A DNA stretch of 64,000 bases from Candidatus Latescibacterota bacterium (GTDB lineage Bacteria; Latescibacterota; UBA2968; GCA-2709665), in contig CBDCOX010000002.1 in the NCBI GenBank assembly GCA_965219995.1, positions 1,600,001 through 1,664,000 on the forward strand, in the 5' to 3' direction. A model generated the notes under the pieces. That model made no database searches. It was not told the DNA's origin and worked only from the letters and a program-made list of their open reading frames with translations. A program made the position numbers and the translations under genes. Of the stretch, positions 49,115 to 58,545 are shown piece after piece (positions within the stretch are counted from its first letter, which is position 1; the number at the start of each line of letters is the position of its first letter).

Positions 49115-49888
49115 TCAAGCTTTCTTCCGGCGAAATGCTAAAGCAGTTTCGTAATGCTTGATGATCGATCCTCCGTAGTTCCTGTTTATCAGGTCAGCGA
49201 TACCGTCAAATAGGAGCGTGCGATTGAACTCGGGCAGCGCGATGTGATCAGAATAGGTGCCAATAAGTTTGATGTACTGTTCCGCAGAGTAGTTTACGCT
49301 CCACGGATACACTCGGTGGATAGGATCGGAAAAAGCAGTAGTTCCGGGTTCCGGAGACTCTGACCTCGTCGGAGTACTGGGATCCTGAGGGGTATCTGAA
49401 ACTACATAATGCTTGGCATAAACTCCCTGGACTTCAGCAAAGAAACCTTCGTCTTTTCTTACATGTTGGTTGGAGAAGATGGCCAATGATCCCCTAGCCT
49501 TCAGGGTGTCACGGGCTCTGATGAATCTGACTCTTGGACTCACCCAGCGGAATGCAGTCGCGGAGATCACAAGGTCAAACTTGCTAGTCGAGTCCCAATC
49601 TTCGAAAGCACACAGGACGAAGCGAACGTTCTTGTAGTTGTTGAGTCGCGCCCTCGCAACCTCGATCAAATCGTGGCCAATATCCAAACAGGTCATTTCG
49701 CAACCGAGGGTGGCAAATAATCTCGAAGCCTGTCCGGTTCCACATCCGACTTCCAGGATTTTTCCGCATCTATCCATTCCGGAGAGGTCCAAGACATCCC
49801 TGACAAGCTCATCAGGGTATCCGGGCCTACCTTCGTCATAGAGCGAGGCAATGGTATTGAAAGTGGTTTTGAGATCAGGGCGGGGCAC
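49115..49888 (-). CDS. Class I SAM-dependent methyltransferase
   Basis: YDEGRPGYP, LEVGCGTG, FDLVISATAF, TYSDH. Confidence 0.88.
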   Translation of the reverse strand: MPRPDLKTTFNTIASLYDEGRPGYPDELVRDVLDLSGMDRCGKILEVGCGTGQASRLFATLGCEMTCLDIGHDLIEVARARLNNYKNVRFVLCAFEDWDSTSKFDLVISATAFRWVSPRVRFIRARDTLKARGSLAIFSNQHVRKDEGFFAEVQGVYAKHYVVSDTPQDPSTPTRSESPEPGTTAFSDPIHRVYPWSVNYSAEQYIKLIGTYSDHIALPEFNRTLLFDGIADLINRNYGGSIIKHYETALAFRRKKA

Positions 49889-49951
49889 TGGAAATTTCCA
49901 TGATTTGGGCTTAAGCGGCGCGGGGAGGCGTCGCTCTGGGACTGCAATTTC

Positions 49952-50035
49952 ACATAACGTCTTCTGTACCCCCGAACCGCGTAGCGGTTTGGGCGAAGGG
50001 CCGAACGGCCCGAAGCCGGGGGCACGGTGTTAACC
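49952..50035 (-). repeat. attC site (canonical ends)
   Basis: acataac...tgtacccccg...cgggggcacg...gttaacc. Confidence 0.9.
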
Positions 50036-50082
50036 GCTGGCGGCAGTCCTCATTTTGATCGTCCGAATCAATTCGCTGTCGC

Positions 50083-51090
50083 TCATACCAAACTAGGTAG
50101 GTGCTGATCGAGGTCCACGAATCCAGCGTATCTAAGGGCTGCTTCCCTAAGCTCTGGCAGATACCGAGCAATGTAATCAACGTCAGGGTCGGGCTCGCCC
50201 CATCGAACGATCCGGATGTGGTAGTAGAACACGGCCATGGCAAGCATAAACGTGTAGTCTTCTCCAGAAACAGCCCTTCCTGTCTCTGCTTGATAGCCTG
50301 CCAAGACGCTTGCCCAGGGCAGTTCATTTGGCGAGCACCACCTAAAAACGCGCTCCAATTGCATCAGTTCCGTTCCCAGTCGTGCCATCTCCAGGTCGAA
50401 AAAGCCCTGGAACTTGCCTCGGTAGGAATGACATTGCAGGTCTTCGTGGTAGATCAGGTGCCTCTGTCCCGCAATTGATCCCAGTTGGCTTTCCACTAGC
50501 GACAACGACTCGTTATAGAATGGATCGACACCCGATTCCTTCGACTTCTGATCCAAACGACATAGATCAACGTAGAACTCCACTGCCTTCCTGAGGTCAG
50601 TGTTCCATGGCAAGAGCTCGTAGTCCCGAAGGATAGAGTATCCGATTCCGTTATCAGGTAACGGTAAGTTCACCAGCTTCCCGATCGCTGCGCCAAGCTC
50701 GCGGGCAAGCCTATCCACCTCCGTCCGCGTCAACTCGCTATACACTGCGTCGTCACCGATGAAAATCCCGGGCAGATAAGAGGTCACAATCAGTGTTTCT
50801 GGAACCGCAGCATGTACTTGTGGCACAACCCCGGTGGTGGCGAAATGCGAGAGAAACGCACGTTCATTCCGCCATCGAGGCGCTCCCCATTCGGGGTGGA
50901 AGTACTTGAAAACGATCGGTGCTCCTTCACGGTGTCCCCAGAGCACGAAATTGGTACCGTGACCATTCAGTTGATTGTGTACTTGCTCTGGCTGATCAGC
51001 GTCGAGGACGTAGTTTGGATTGCCCCGGACGAAGTCCTCGACTTCTGCTGATGCTGCATCAAACATCTGTTTTCGCCATTCGACAGCCAT
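50083..51090 (-). CDS. APH-like kinase-fold protein
   Basis: IVFKYF, YHEDL, FFDLE motifs. Confidence 0.68.
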   Translation of the reverse strand: MAVEWRKQMFDAASAEVEDFVRGNPNYVLDADQPEQVHNQLNGHGTNFVLWGHREGAPIVFKYFHPEWGAPRWRNERAFLSHFATTGVVPQVHAAVPETLIVTSYLPGIFIGDDAVYSELTRTEVDRLARELGAAIGKLVNLPLPDNGIGYSILRDYELLPWNTDLRKAVEFYVDLCRLDQKSKESGVDPFYNESLSLVESQLGSIAGQRHLIYHEDLQCHSYRGKFQGFFDLEMARLGTELMQLERVFRWCSPNELPWASVLAGYQAETGRAVSGEDYTFMLAMAVFYYHIRIVRWGEPDPDVDYIARYLPELREAALRYAGFVDLDQHLPSLV

Positions 51091-51158
51091 GATGCTTCGC
51101 CTTCAATTGAGCGGACGCATCACCGATTCGAACGCGGCGTCACTGATTTTCCGCTTGC

Positions 51159-51253
51159 GGTTAACTACGGTATTACCGAACAGTTACGGTAATGCGTACC
51201 TGTTCCGAAGATCTGCGAACGTTCGGGAACATTCCACGCTGGAGCTTGTAGCC
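51159..51253 (-). repeat. Internal attI-like site (copy of 58546-58635)
   Basis: ggttaac tacggtattaccgaacagttacg...gcttgtagcc; homology stops at the AAC core. Confidence 0.65.
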
Positions 51254-51321
51254 CGAGCAGGTTCAGGAGTGCTTCCTATGGTGGCATCGTCTCTAATCAA
51301 AAACTGCCTCCCATTCTTCCA

Positions 51322-51741
51322 TCAATGCATCCCTGTCCGCTTCGACACATCGGGGTCCTCTTTGAGCTTATGGATACCGATCTGATTCCCGTCCGGGTCC
51401 TTGATCACGGCAATACTGCAGCGGGCTCCTTCGAAGGGTCCCAATTCAATCGATATGCCACAGCTTTCAATGTGCGCGATAGCCTCTTCGAAATCCTCCA
51501 CCTCCAACGAGAGTCCCGCGCTGAGCACGGCTGGCGGTTCGCCACGAAACCAGGTCGTGGTCACCGCGAGCGTATCGTGGGGGCCGACAGCGTACTCGAT
51601 GAAGCCGTCATCCCCATCGGGTCCCCGCGGAGGGTCGATGACATTGGGTTCCGGCAGGCGCAGAACCGTCTCGTAGAATTCACGCGCGCGCTTCAGACTC
51701 GTCACCGGATGGCCGACAAAGGCGAATCCTCTAATCTTCAC
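51322..51741 (-). CDS. VOC/glyoxalase-family protein
   Basis: AREFYETVL, EVEDFEEA, KDPDGNQIGIH. Confidence 0.87.
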   Translation of the reverse strand: MKIRGFAFVGHPVTSLKRAREFYETVLRLPEPNVIDPPRGPDGDDGFIEYAVGPHDTLAVTTTWFRGEPPAVLSAGLSLEVEDFEEAIAHIESCGISIELGPFEGARCSIAVIKDPDGNQIGIHKLKEDPDVSKRTGMH

Positions 51742-51931
51742 GCAACGCTCCCTTTCAGTTGATTCCTTCCAATGCTCAGTTCCTTGCAGACGATCGAAAA
51801 TTGTGGATCGCCAAATCTCCGCAGATCATCGAAATCCCATTGTCTTCATACTATCTGCTTTCTATAACATTGCCTGATCCAATATTCGAAAAGGCTATCA
51901 TGTGGCGCGCTTTCAGTGGATTACGGTCCGC

Positions 51932-52387
51932 CTATGTGATATCCCCCAGATATACCGGCGGTGATTCAGAGCAGGAGTCAAGATGATCGAGCAAGGCTTT
52001 GGGATAGAATCTCAGGCGCTTAAGTCTACCGATACTCATCCATTTCACGCCAACCTGAATTGAATCTCCCTCCGGGGCTTCGGAGGCATTATATGCTTCG
52101 TCCACGGAACATCGGAAGATGAAGTCAACCAGGTGGACACCCTTTGCCCAGGAATCGGGATGATTGTCAGTGATATATTCTCGAACGAATTGCAGACCTT
52201 CAACCCTGACATCGGCGCCTATTTCTTCCTGGCACTCCCGCTTGAGAGCATCCAAGAGTGTTTCTTTGCAAGGTTCCGTACCTCCTCCAGGAAGAATGTA
52301 CCAAAGACCTTTGTCGTCGATGTTCTCAGTAACGAGAATTCGGTCACCTCTCTGGATCAGAGCCTTGGCCGCATTTCGCAATTTCAT
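51932..52387 (-). CDS. NUDIX hydrolase
   Basis: LPGGGTEP..ETL..ALKRECQEEIG. Confidence 0.88.
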   Translation of the reverse strand: MKLRNAAKALIQRGDRILVTENIDDKGLWYILPGGGTEPCKETLLDALKRECQEEIGADVRVEGLQFVREYITDNHPDSWAKGVHLVDFIFRCSVDEAYNASEAPEGDSIQVGVKWMSIGRLKRLRFYPKALLDHLDSCSESPPVYLGDIT

Positions 52388-52445
52388 AATGGATGCCTCA
52401 AAAGAACGTGAAGATCGCACGATCTTGCTGCAGGGACAAGATAAA

Positions 52446-52533
52446 GCAAAGCCCTCTGGTCAGCGAGGGCTTTGAACTGCAGCAGGTTGGGCGAAGGCCC
52501 TTGTGGCCTGAACCGTGCACTGTCGTGTTTTGC
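52446..52533 (-). repeat. Degenerate attC site
   Basis: gcaaagc...ggttgggcgaaggcccttgtggcctgaacc...gtgttttgc; related to 49952 family. Confidence 0.58.
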
Positions 52534-52607
52534 GGCGTTGGCGCTCTTTCAGCCTGTAGAGAACGGAGCTTGTGTCAGGCCTGTGAAACCAGCTCTCGAA
52601 TACCAGT

Positions 52608-54887
52608 CTACTTCCTTGCACCAAATCTCTTCAGCAGTGACCCGATGTCTACATCCTCCGAGTCTATGCGAACGTACTCCTTCCTGCCCTGCGGTTCCTC
52701 GCTCCAGGCCAGAGGCGTCGCCCATTCCGCGCCCGCCAGGTTCGGATCGGCATCCGCCTCCAACATGAACCTGGCAAGTTCGGGCCATTCATAGAGCACT
52801 GCCATGGCCAGGGGCGTCGATTGCCTCTCTCCGCCCAGAACGTTTATCTCCGCACCGTGTTTCAGCAGCTTCTCTGCAAACACGATCCGGTCCCTCTCAG
52901 TTACGTGCCACGTGATCTCCGCGGTCCAATGCAGGGGTGTCAAGCCGCTTACTTTCGCACGGGCATTTGGATCGAATCCTCCTTCAAGGAGAAGCTCGAA
53001 GCACTCGTAAAAGTGCTCCACACACGCCTTTCCCGGATTGCCGGGACACCTCAGCCTCCACATGCGCATGGCCTGGCACAACACGTCGTGCATTTCGCTC
53101 TCCGTAAAACTCGGACTCTGTGAGAGGCAGACTGCCACCAGGTCCGGATGCCCGCCGTGGACGGCTCCCTTCAGGACCTCCTTTGCACACGATGGATCTG
53201 AACTTACGAGCGCGGCATCGACGGAGACATTGTCGCTGTTCGCGGCGTAGAATCCAGGAGAGGCACCGTCGTCGAACCCGGGAAATGCCCCATGCCGCAA
53301 CAGCAGTTTCTCCATCGCGTCGTTCCCGTTCGCGATCGCCCAGTTCAAGGCGTTGCCGGACGCATCCATCACGGTATGCGCCGATGCCCCGTGCTCCAGG
53401 AGCAGCGTTGCCATCTCCAGGTCGTCATTGAGAGCCGCGGCGTGCAGCGGCGCGCCTCGCTCGGCCACGGGGTAGCCTTCGTACTTGTCATACGGCGTAT
53501 CCGGGTCCGCACCCCGTTCCAGGAGGAGGCGCACCACCTCAAGGTGTCCCTTGTCGGCGGCAATCGAGATCGGATACGCGTCCATCCCGGGATAGTTCCG
53601 GGCCCAGTCGTTCACGGCATCGGGATCGGCATCCAGAATTCTCCGCGCCCCGTCGACGTCGCCGATGGCGCAGGCAACCCACAGGTCGTATTCTGCGCCG
53701 TGTCCCAGCAGGATCCCGCCGATTACCGGCCACAGGGGGCTTGGCGGCGGGTCCCATCCGCGTTTGGGCCGCGGCCCGAGCGCGAGGTGGATGGCCTTCT
53801 TCCCGCGTGCGTTCACTTCGTTGGGTTCGGCCCCGCGAACCAGGAGTTCCGTGACCACCGGGATATGATGGTATTCCACGGCGACGTGAAGTGCCGTATT
53901 CCCTGACTTGTCTACTCCGTGAATCGCCGAGGGGTCACCATCGAGCAGCTGTCTTACCGCTTCGACATCGCCCTTGCCCGCGGCCTGGCAAAGGGCGATT
54001 CCCAACTCAGTCTCACCGGTCCGCCTGGCTCGCCATTCCTCCATTGACGCGACCACATCTGCATGACCCTTGCTTCGGGCCATATCCAAAGCCGAAACCC
54101 GCTCTCCATATGTTACCCTGGTGGGACTGGCGCCGGCGTTCAGCAGGTGCTCGACAACCGCCAGGTGTCCCTCCCGTGCCGCGTAGTGTATGGCCTGATA
54201 CCCCTGTTCGCCGTCTCGGTGCGCCAGCTCCGGCTTCTTCTCCAGGATGGCCTTGATTCGATCCAGATCTCCCTCCTGTGCGGCGTTGCAGATTCCGACT
54301 ACGCTGACGAAAGCATCGTCCTGGGAAGGCGCGTTTTTGCGCAACTCTTTCTTCGCCATTGCGAGTAACCCCTTTTCAAGGCGTTTCCGCGCCGATCGCA
54401 GCCGGTTGTTGACCGTGTCCGGCGAGACCTGCAGAAACGCTGCAATCTCTTGATGAGAATGAGCACCCATGTAGAACATCGTCGTGACCGCACGTTCCGT
54501 CTCTGGAAGCGCGTCAACCGAGTTCTGAATCCGGACCCTCATTTCCTGCGCTTCCATTTCATCCAGCGGTGAAGGACTGCCTGATGGAACATCGTGCACG
54601 TCTTCGATCGGAACCATTTCCGGGCGCTTCTGCCTCGCGAACTGAGTGCAACAGGACCGAACTATCGCTTTGAACCAACCGGGGAAGGCTTCAGGACTTC
54701 GCAGATCCTCCAATTTTCGGTACGCGATCAGAAACGCTTCCTGCGCGGCATCCTCTGCCAGGTGGTAGTCGCCCAGTATGCTGTAGGCATACCCCGCAGC
54801 CATGTCTTGAAACCGTATCACGACGCCCTCATAGGCACGCAAGTTTCCCGATTTGACTGCACGCAATTGGTCCGATAGTCTATCCAC
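52608..54887 (-). CDS. ECF-type sigma-70 factor fused to a long ankyrin-repeat domain
   Basis: AEDAAQEAF, FPGW, HQEIAAFL...TVNNRLRSARKRL, then many ankyrin repeats (TALHVAV, GADPD, TPLHW). Confidence 0.88.
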   Translation of the reverse strand: MDRLSDQLRAVKSGNLRAYEGVVIRFQDMAAGYAYSILGDYHLAEDAAQEAFLIAYRKLEDLRSPEAFPGWFKAIVRSCCTQFARQKRPEMVPIEDVHDVPSGSPSPLDEMEAQEMRVRIQNSVDALPETERAVTTMFYMGAHSHQEIAAFLQVSPDTVNNRLRSARKRLEKGLLAMAKKELRKNAPSQDDAFVSVVGICNAAQEGDLDRIKAILEKKPELAHRDGEQGYQAIHYAAREGHLAVVEHLLNAGASPTRVTYGERVSALDMARSKGHADVVASMEEWRARRTGETELGIALCQAAGKGDVEAVRQLLDGDPSAIHGVDKSGNTALHVAVEYHHIPVVTELLVRGAEPNEVNARGKKAIHLALGPRPKRGWDPPPSPLWPVIGGILLGHGAEYDLWVACAIGDVDGARRILDADPDAVNDWARNYPGMDAYPISIAADKGHLEVVRLLLERGADPDTPYDKYEGYPVAERGAPLHAAALNDDLEMATLLLEHGASAHTVMDASGNALNWAIANGNDAMEKLLLRHGAFPGFDDGASPGFYAANSDNVSVDAALVSSDPSCAKEVLKGAVHGGHPDLVAVCLSQSPSFTESEMHDVLCQAMRMWRLRCPGNPGKACVEHFYECFELLLEGGFDPNARAKVSGLTPLHWTAEITWHVTERDRIVFAEKLLKHGAEINVLGGERQSTPLAMAVLYEWPELARFMLEADADPNLAGAEWATPLAWSEEPQGRKEYVRIDSEDVDIGSLLKRFGARK

Positions 54888-55021
54888 TGCCGTTCCTTTG
54901 AGAAGGCCCTCTATTTTAAAGGAGGCACCCGAGGCACGGAATTGGTAGAAAAAAGCGAAAGAAGCGCGAAAAAGAATAGCTGTGCTTACAGTGAGGAGCT
55001 CTCAGGGATCTTGCCAATGCC

Positions 55022-55161
55022 GAATAACGGTCTTGCGGTGTGCGAACCTTGCCATCCCAAAGGGCTGGCGCTACGTTCGCGTCTCTCAGCAAATGACGTG
55101 ACAGAGGTGAGGTTGCCTCGGAGGGAGCGAAGCGACCGGAGCGCAAGGCCGCGTGTTACAC
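55022..55161 (-). repeat. attC site (140 bp)
   Basis: gaataac ggtcttgcg...tgcgaacct...aggttg...ggagcgaagcgaccggagcgcaaggcc...gttacac. Confidence 0.85.
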
Positions 55162-55319
55162 GCTTGCGGCGCGCCGCTTCCACGGCGAATCCCTCAACGG
55201 GGCTGAAATAAAGTGCACACCATAGACAGGTGGCTTCCTGCTTTCTCGTCTTGTTTCGAATGAAAATCAGGCGCCCGTCAATAGCACCCAGGAAAGAAAC
55301 AGGGTTTGAACTTCGCTCA

Positions 55320-55814
55320 TTAGATGGGGTTCGCCTTGATGAGTTGGAAGAGGTCACCTTTACCGGGACGTTCGGATGTCAAAATCAGCATCAGCTTTGC
55401 CAGCAGGTCAGCCCGGTCGAAACGTTTGAATTCCGGGTACAGCCCGATACGCCAATGGAGATAAGCTTCAAGCTGGTTCACATCAGGGAAGATCTGTCTG
55501 GCCGCAAGGAATTCTGTCTGCAGGGCACGACGATGTGCGTAGGCATGCGAGCGTGAGGCCAGTTTGTGCCGGATTTCCACCTGCTCGTGCAGTGCGAGCA
55601 AGTGCGCGTACTGCTCATCGAATTCGATTAGATCCGCCGGGATGTAAATCGTTCCTGTTTCGTCGTAGAAAACGAGATCGGGTGTATTGCCTTTATAGCG
55701 AAACACCGTATAGGAGAGGGCAAGGTCTGCCACGACTGCCTGCTCAGTGCGGATGACGTTTTGCTTAATCGCGTTGAGCAACTCAGTAGCTTCCGGGTAT
55801 GGCAATCGGAGCAT
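55320..55814 (-). CDS. Hypothetical 164-aa protein with HExxE motif
   Basis: ALHEQVEIRH...HAYAHRRAL; intact paralog of 18040 pseudogene. Confidence 0.78.
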   Translation of the reverse strand: MLRLPYPEATELLNAIKQNVIRTEQAVVADLALSYTVFRYKGNTPDLVFYDETGTIYIPADLIEFDEQYAHLLALHEQVEIRHKLASRSHAYAHRRALQTEFLAARQIFPDVNQLEAYLHWRIGLYPEFKRFDRADLLAKLMLILTSERPGKGDLFQLIKANPI

Positions 55815-55907
55815 ACGTAATGTCTCTTCGGTGGGTTGTGTTCTGGGTTTTTGCTCATGTGCACGATTTGCAGGGGTGGGGTGGTTGGGTCATCCTGCGC
55901 CGCTTGC

Positions 55908-55980
55908 GTGTAACATCCCGGCTGTTCCTGAACCGCGTAGCGGTGGGATTCCGGTGAGGTGCATGAATCTGGTGTTGCAC
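55908..55980 (-). repeat. attC site (73 bp)
   Basis: gtgtaac atcccgg...ccgcgtagcgg...ctggt gttgcac; near-complementary ends. Confidence 0.82.
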
Positions 55981-56067
55981 GCTGTTTGGGGAGGCGTCGT
56001 CACTATCAGCATTTCCATCAGGACGACAGTCAAGCACGCTCCGTCACTCCGTTTTTTCTCCCATCTT

Positions 56068-58458
56068 TTATTCGTATCTCAAGGCGTCTATTGGATTGGC
56101 TCGTGCAGCTTTCAAGGCCTGATACGCGATGGTGATCAGAGTGACCACAAGCGCCGCTCCGGTACTCCCGATGAAATGGATGGGACTCAGGTCAATCCGA
56201 TAGGCGAAATTCTCAAGCCAACTGTTCAGGGTGTAAAAGGCCATCGGACAAGCGATTAAACTCGCCAATACAACGAGCATGAGAAACTCCCTTGCCAGCA
56301 AACTCACAATGCCAATTTCTGTTGCGCCAAGAACTTTGCGAATGCCGATTTCCTTGGTGCGCACCTCGGCAGTGTAAGAAATGAGACCCAGCAAACCAAG
56401 ACAGGCGATTGCGATTGCCAGACCGGCACTGAGGCTGCACAGACGTCCGAGCAGTCGCTCTTTGGCATAAACCGCAGCCAGCGCGTCATCCAAAAACTGA
56501 TACACAAAGGGCCTTGTTGGATCGGCGGTCTTCCAGGCGGCTTTGGTGCGACTGAGCACATCTTGGATATCGCTGCCGAAAGTGCGCATGCTGACGTAGA
56601 CCTGCTCATCGTAAATGGCGGGGATCAGAACAAGCGGGCCGATGGATACACGGAAGTTCTCGTACTGGAAGTCTGCGAAAATGCCGATCACTTCCCAAGT
56701 CGCACCCCAGAATCGGACGGTGTCACCAGACCGAATACCCAGTAGCTTTGCTCCGGTTTGGTTGAGCATCACCCTCGTGGTGCCCCATTCATCGTCAACC
56801 GTCTGCACGTCGGTGGCAGCAAATGTTCGACCTTCAATGACCGGAATTTCGTACACTTCAAAGAAATCCTCGTCTGTGTACAGGTAGGGCAAGAGGATTT
56901 CTTTGTCTATCCCGGCGGACCTTATCGATACAACGTCGTCGTATCGACTGCGGGGTTCAGCAGCCACAAGGGGCAGGTGCTGAAGCGAAACACCTTTGAC
57001 TCCCGGCACCTGTAGCAGTCGTTCTTTCACGAGCCGACCGACCTTGTTGATACGTGGAAACACGAGAATCGCGTTCCGGTTGTATCCAGGATCTGCGGAT
57101 GTAATATAACTCGTCTGTTCGACAATAACGAGGGTGGCGACGATGAGCGTGATTGTGACTGTAAATTGGAGAACGACAAGCCCCCTTCTGACCGCCCCGT
57201 GTCCAGACACAACTCCTCGGATGGGCTTTAGCGCGGATATCGGTGAAAACGATGAGATAAAAAGCGCGGGATAGCTTCCTGCAATGATACCGACGCCTGC
57301 AGCAAAGGCGAACAGCAACGGCAGCATGTCCATCCCGATGGAGAGGCTCGTGCCCATCAGGGCATTCGCGCCGGGCAACGCAAGCTTTATTATCCCCAAC
57401 GCTGCGGCAAAGGCGAGCACCGTAACCAGGATAGATTCCCCCATGAACTGCACTACGAGTTGCCGCTGCTGAGCACCCACAACTCTTCGCATGCCGACCT
57501 CGCGCATCCTGCGAATGGACCGGGCAGTGGCGAGGTTCATAAAGTTGACGCAGGCCACGCCGACAATGAGAAGGCCGATGACGGCTAGAGCGTAGCAGGT
57601 GTTCAGGTCGCCCTCAACCGCAAGGCCAAAACGTTGACGGCCCTGGAGATGCAGCTCGGTCAGGGGCGTCATTTCGATCCCCTTCTGCGAACCCTCACGC
57701 CAATGCCGAAGAGCGAAGTCAGGTAACTTCGACCGAACAGATGCCGAAGATGCGCCCGGCTTGAGCAACACGTAGGTTTGGGTAATAAGCCATCCACCCC
57801 ATGTCTCCCACATGGAATGCATCGTCGCAGGGTCCTTCCTGGGCCTCGTCATGGTGATGAAATCGGGAGAAAGGCCGGGGGTGCTTGTCTGGGGAGGATC
57901 TTCCAGGATGCCCGTGATCGTATATGTGTCTTCGAAGAACTTGGACTTGAGGAACACGGTCTTGCCCAGCGCTGGCGCATCGCCAAAGAGTCTTACGGCA
58001 AGACGCTTTGTGGCAAACGCTGAAAAAGGGGTTGCAAGGTCACGCATCGGATCGCCTTTGATGGTCTGGAAATCGAACACATGGAAGAACCGATCATCGA
58101 CGACAAAAACATGGGAGTTTGTGCCTTCCTGAGTCCCAACACTGACGTTCACACGACGGCCTATAAACCGGGCGGCATCCTCAACCTCGGGTATCTCTTC
58201 CACAAGTGCAGGTCCCACCGGACCGTTCGCCGCGTAATGGTAGGCCACCTCGCCGTTCTCCTGGCGAAAGGAAGACAAAACCCGATGGATGCGCTCGGCC
58301 TTCCTGTGGTGGCGGTCGTAGCTAAACTCGTGTTCAAGGTAGAGCAAAATAAGGGTACCGCATGTGAGACCAATAGCCAGACCAGCAATATTGATGAAAG
58401 AATATGCTTTTTGCTTCCAGAGATTTCTGTAAGCAACCCTCAGATAGTTTCTGAACAA
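56068..58458 (-). CDS. ABC transporter permease (MacB/FtsX-type, duplicated), no ATPase nearby
   Basis: MFRNYLRVAYRNL, INIAGLAIG, ACVNFMNLATAR..RMREVG, RTKEIGIRKVLGA, NPIDALRYE. Confidence 0.9.
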   Translation of the reverse strand: MFRNYLRVAYRNLWKQKAYSFINIAGLAIGLTCGTLILLYLEHEFSYDRHHRKAERIHRVLSSFRQENGEVAYHYAANGPVGPALVEEIPEVEDAARFIGRRVNVSVGTQEGTNSHVFVVDDRFFHVFDFQTIKGDPMRDLATPFSAFATKRLAVRLFGDAPALGKTVFLKSKFFEDTYTITGILEDPPQTSTPGLSPDFITMTRPRKDPATMHSMWETWGGWLITQTYVLLKPGASSASVRSKLPDFALRHWREGSQKGIEMTPLTELHLQGRQRFGLAVEGDLNTCYALAVIGLLIVGVACVNFMNLATARSIRRMREVGMRRVVGAQQRQLVVQFMGESILVTVLAFAAALGIIKLALPGANALMGTSLSIGMDMLPLLFAFAAGVGIIAGSYPALFISSFSPISALKPIRGVVSGHGAVRRGLVVLQFTVTITLIVATLVIVEQTSYITSADPGYNRNAILVFPRINKVGRLVKERLLQVPGVKGVSLQHLPLVAAEPRSRYDDVVSIRSAGIDKEILLPYLYTDEDFFEVYEIPVIEGRTFAATDVQTVDDEWGTTRVMLNQTGAKLLGIRSGDTVRFWGATWEVIGIFADFQYENFRVSIGPLVLIPAIYDEQVYVSMRTFGSDIQDVLSRTKAAWKTADPTRPFVYQFLDDALAAVYAKERLLGRLCSLSAGLAIAIACLGLLGLISYTAEVRTKEIGIRKVLGATEIGIVSLLAREFLMLVVLASLIACPMAFYTLNSWLENFAYRIDLSPIHFIGSTGAALVVTLITIAYQALKAARANPIDALRYE

Positions 58459-58545
58459 AACACGCTCACATTTTTACGTGAAAGACAGGTTTAGTTGTGA
58501 TTATTGCTTGCTATCTGCTTCTCTTTGGGGTGCCGGGGCAATTTC

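Noticed and set aside
51217-51231. cgaacgttcg palindrome in the attI-like repeat as a LexA box
   Set aside because: Lacks the 4-bp spacer of CGAAC-N4-GTTCG and the 7-bp spacing of GAAC-N7-GAAC
246-55980. Intergenic repeats as a CRISPR array
   Set aside because: Repeats vary in length and sequence, are separated by whole genes, and no cas genes are present
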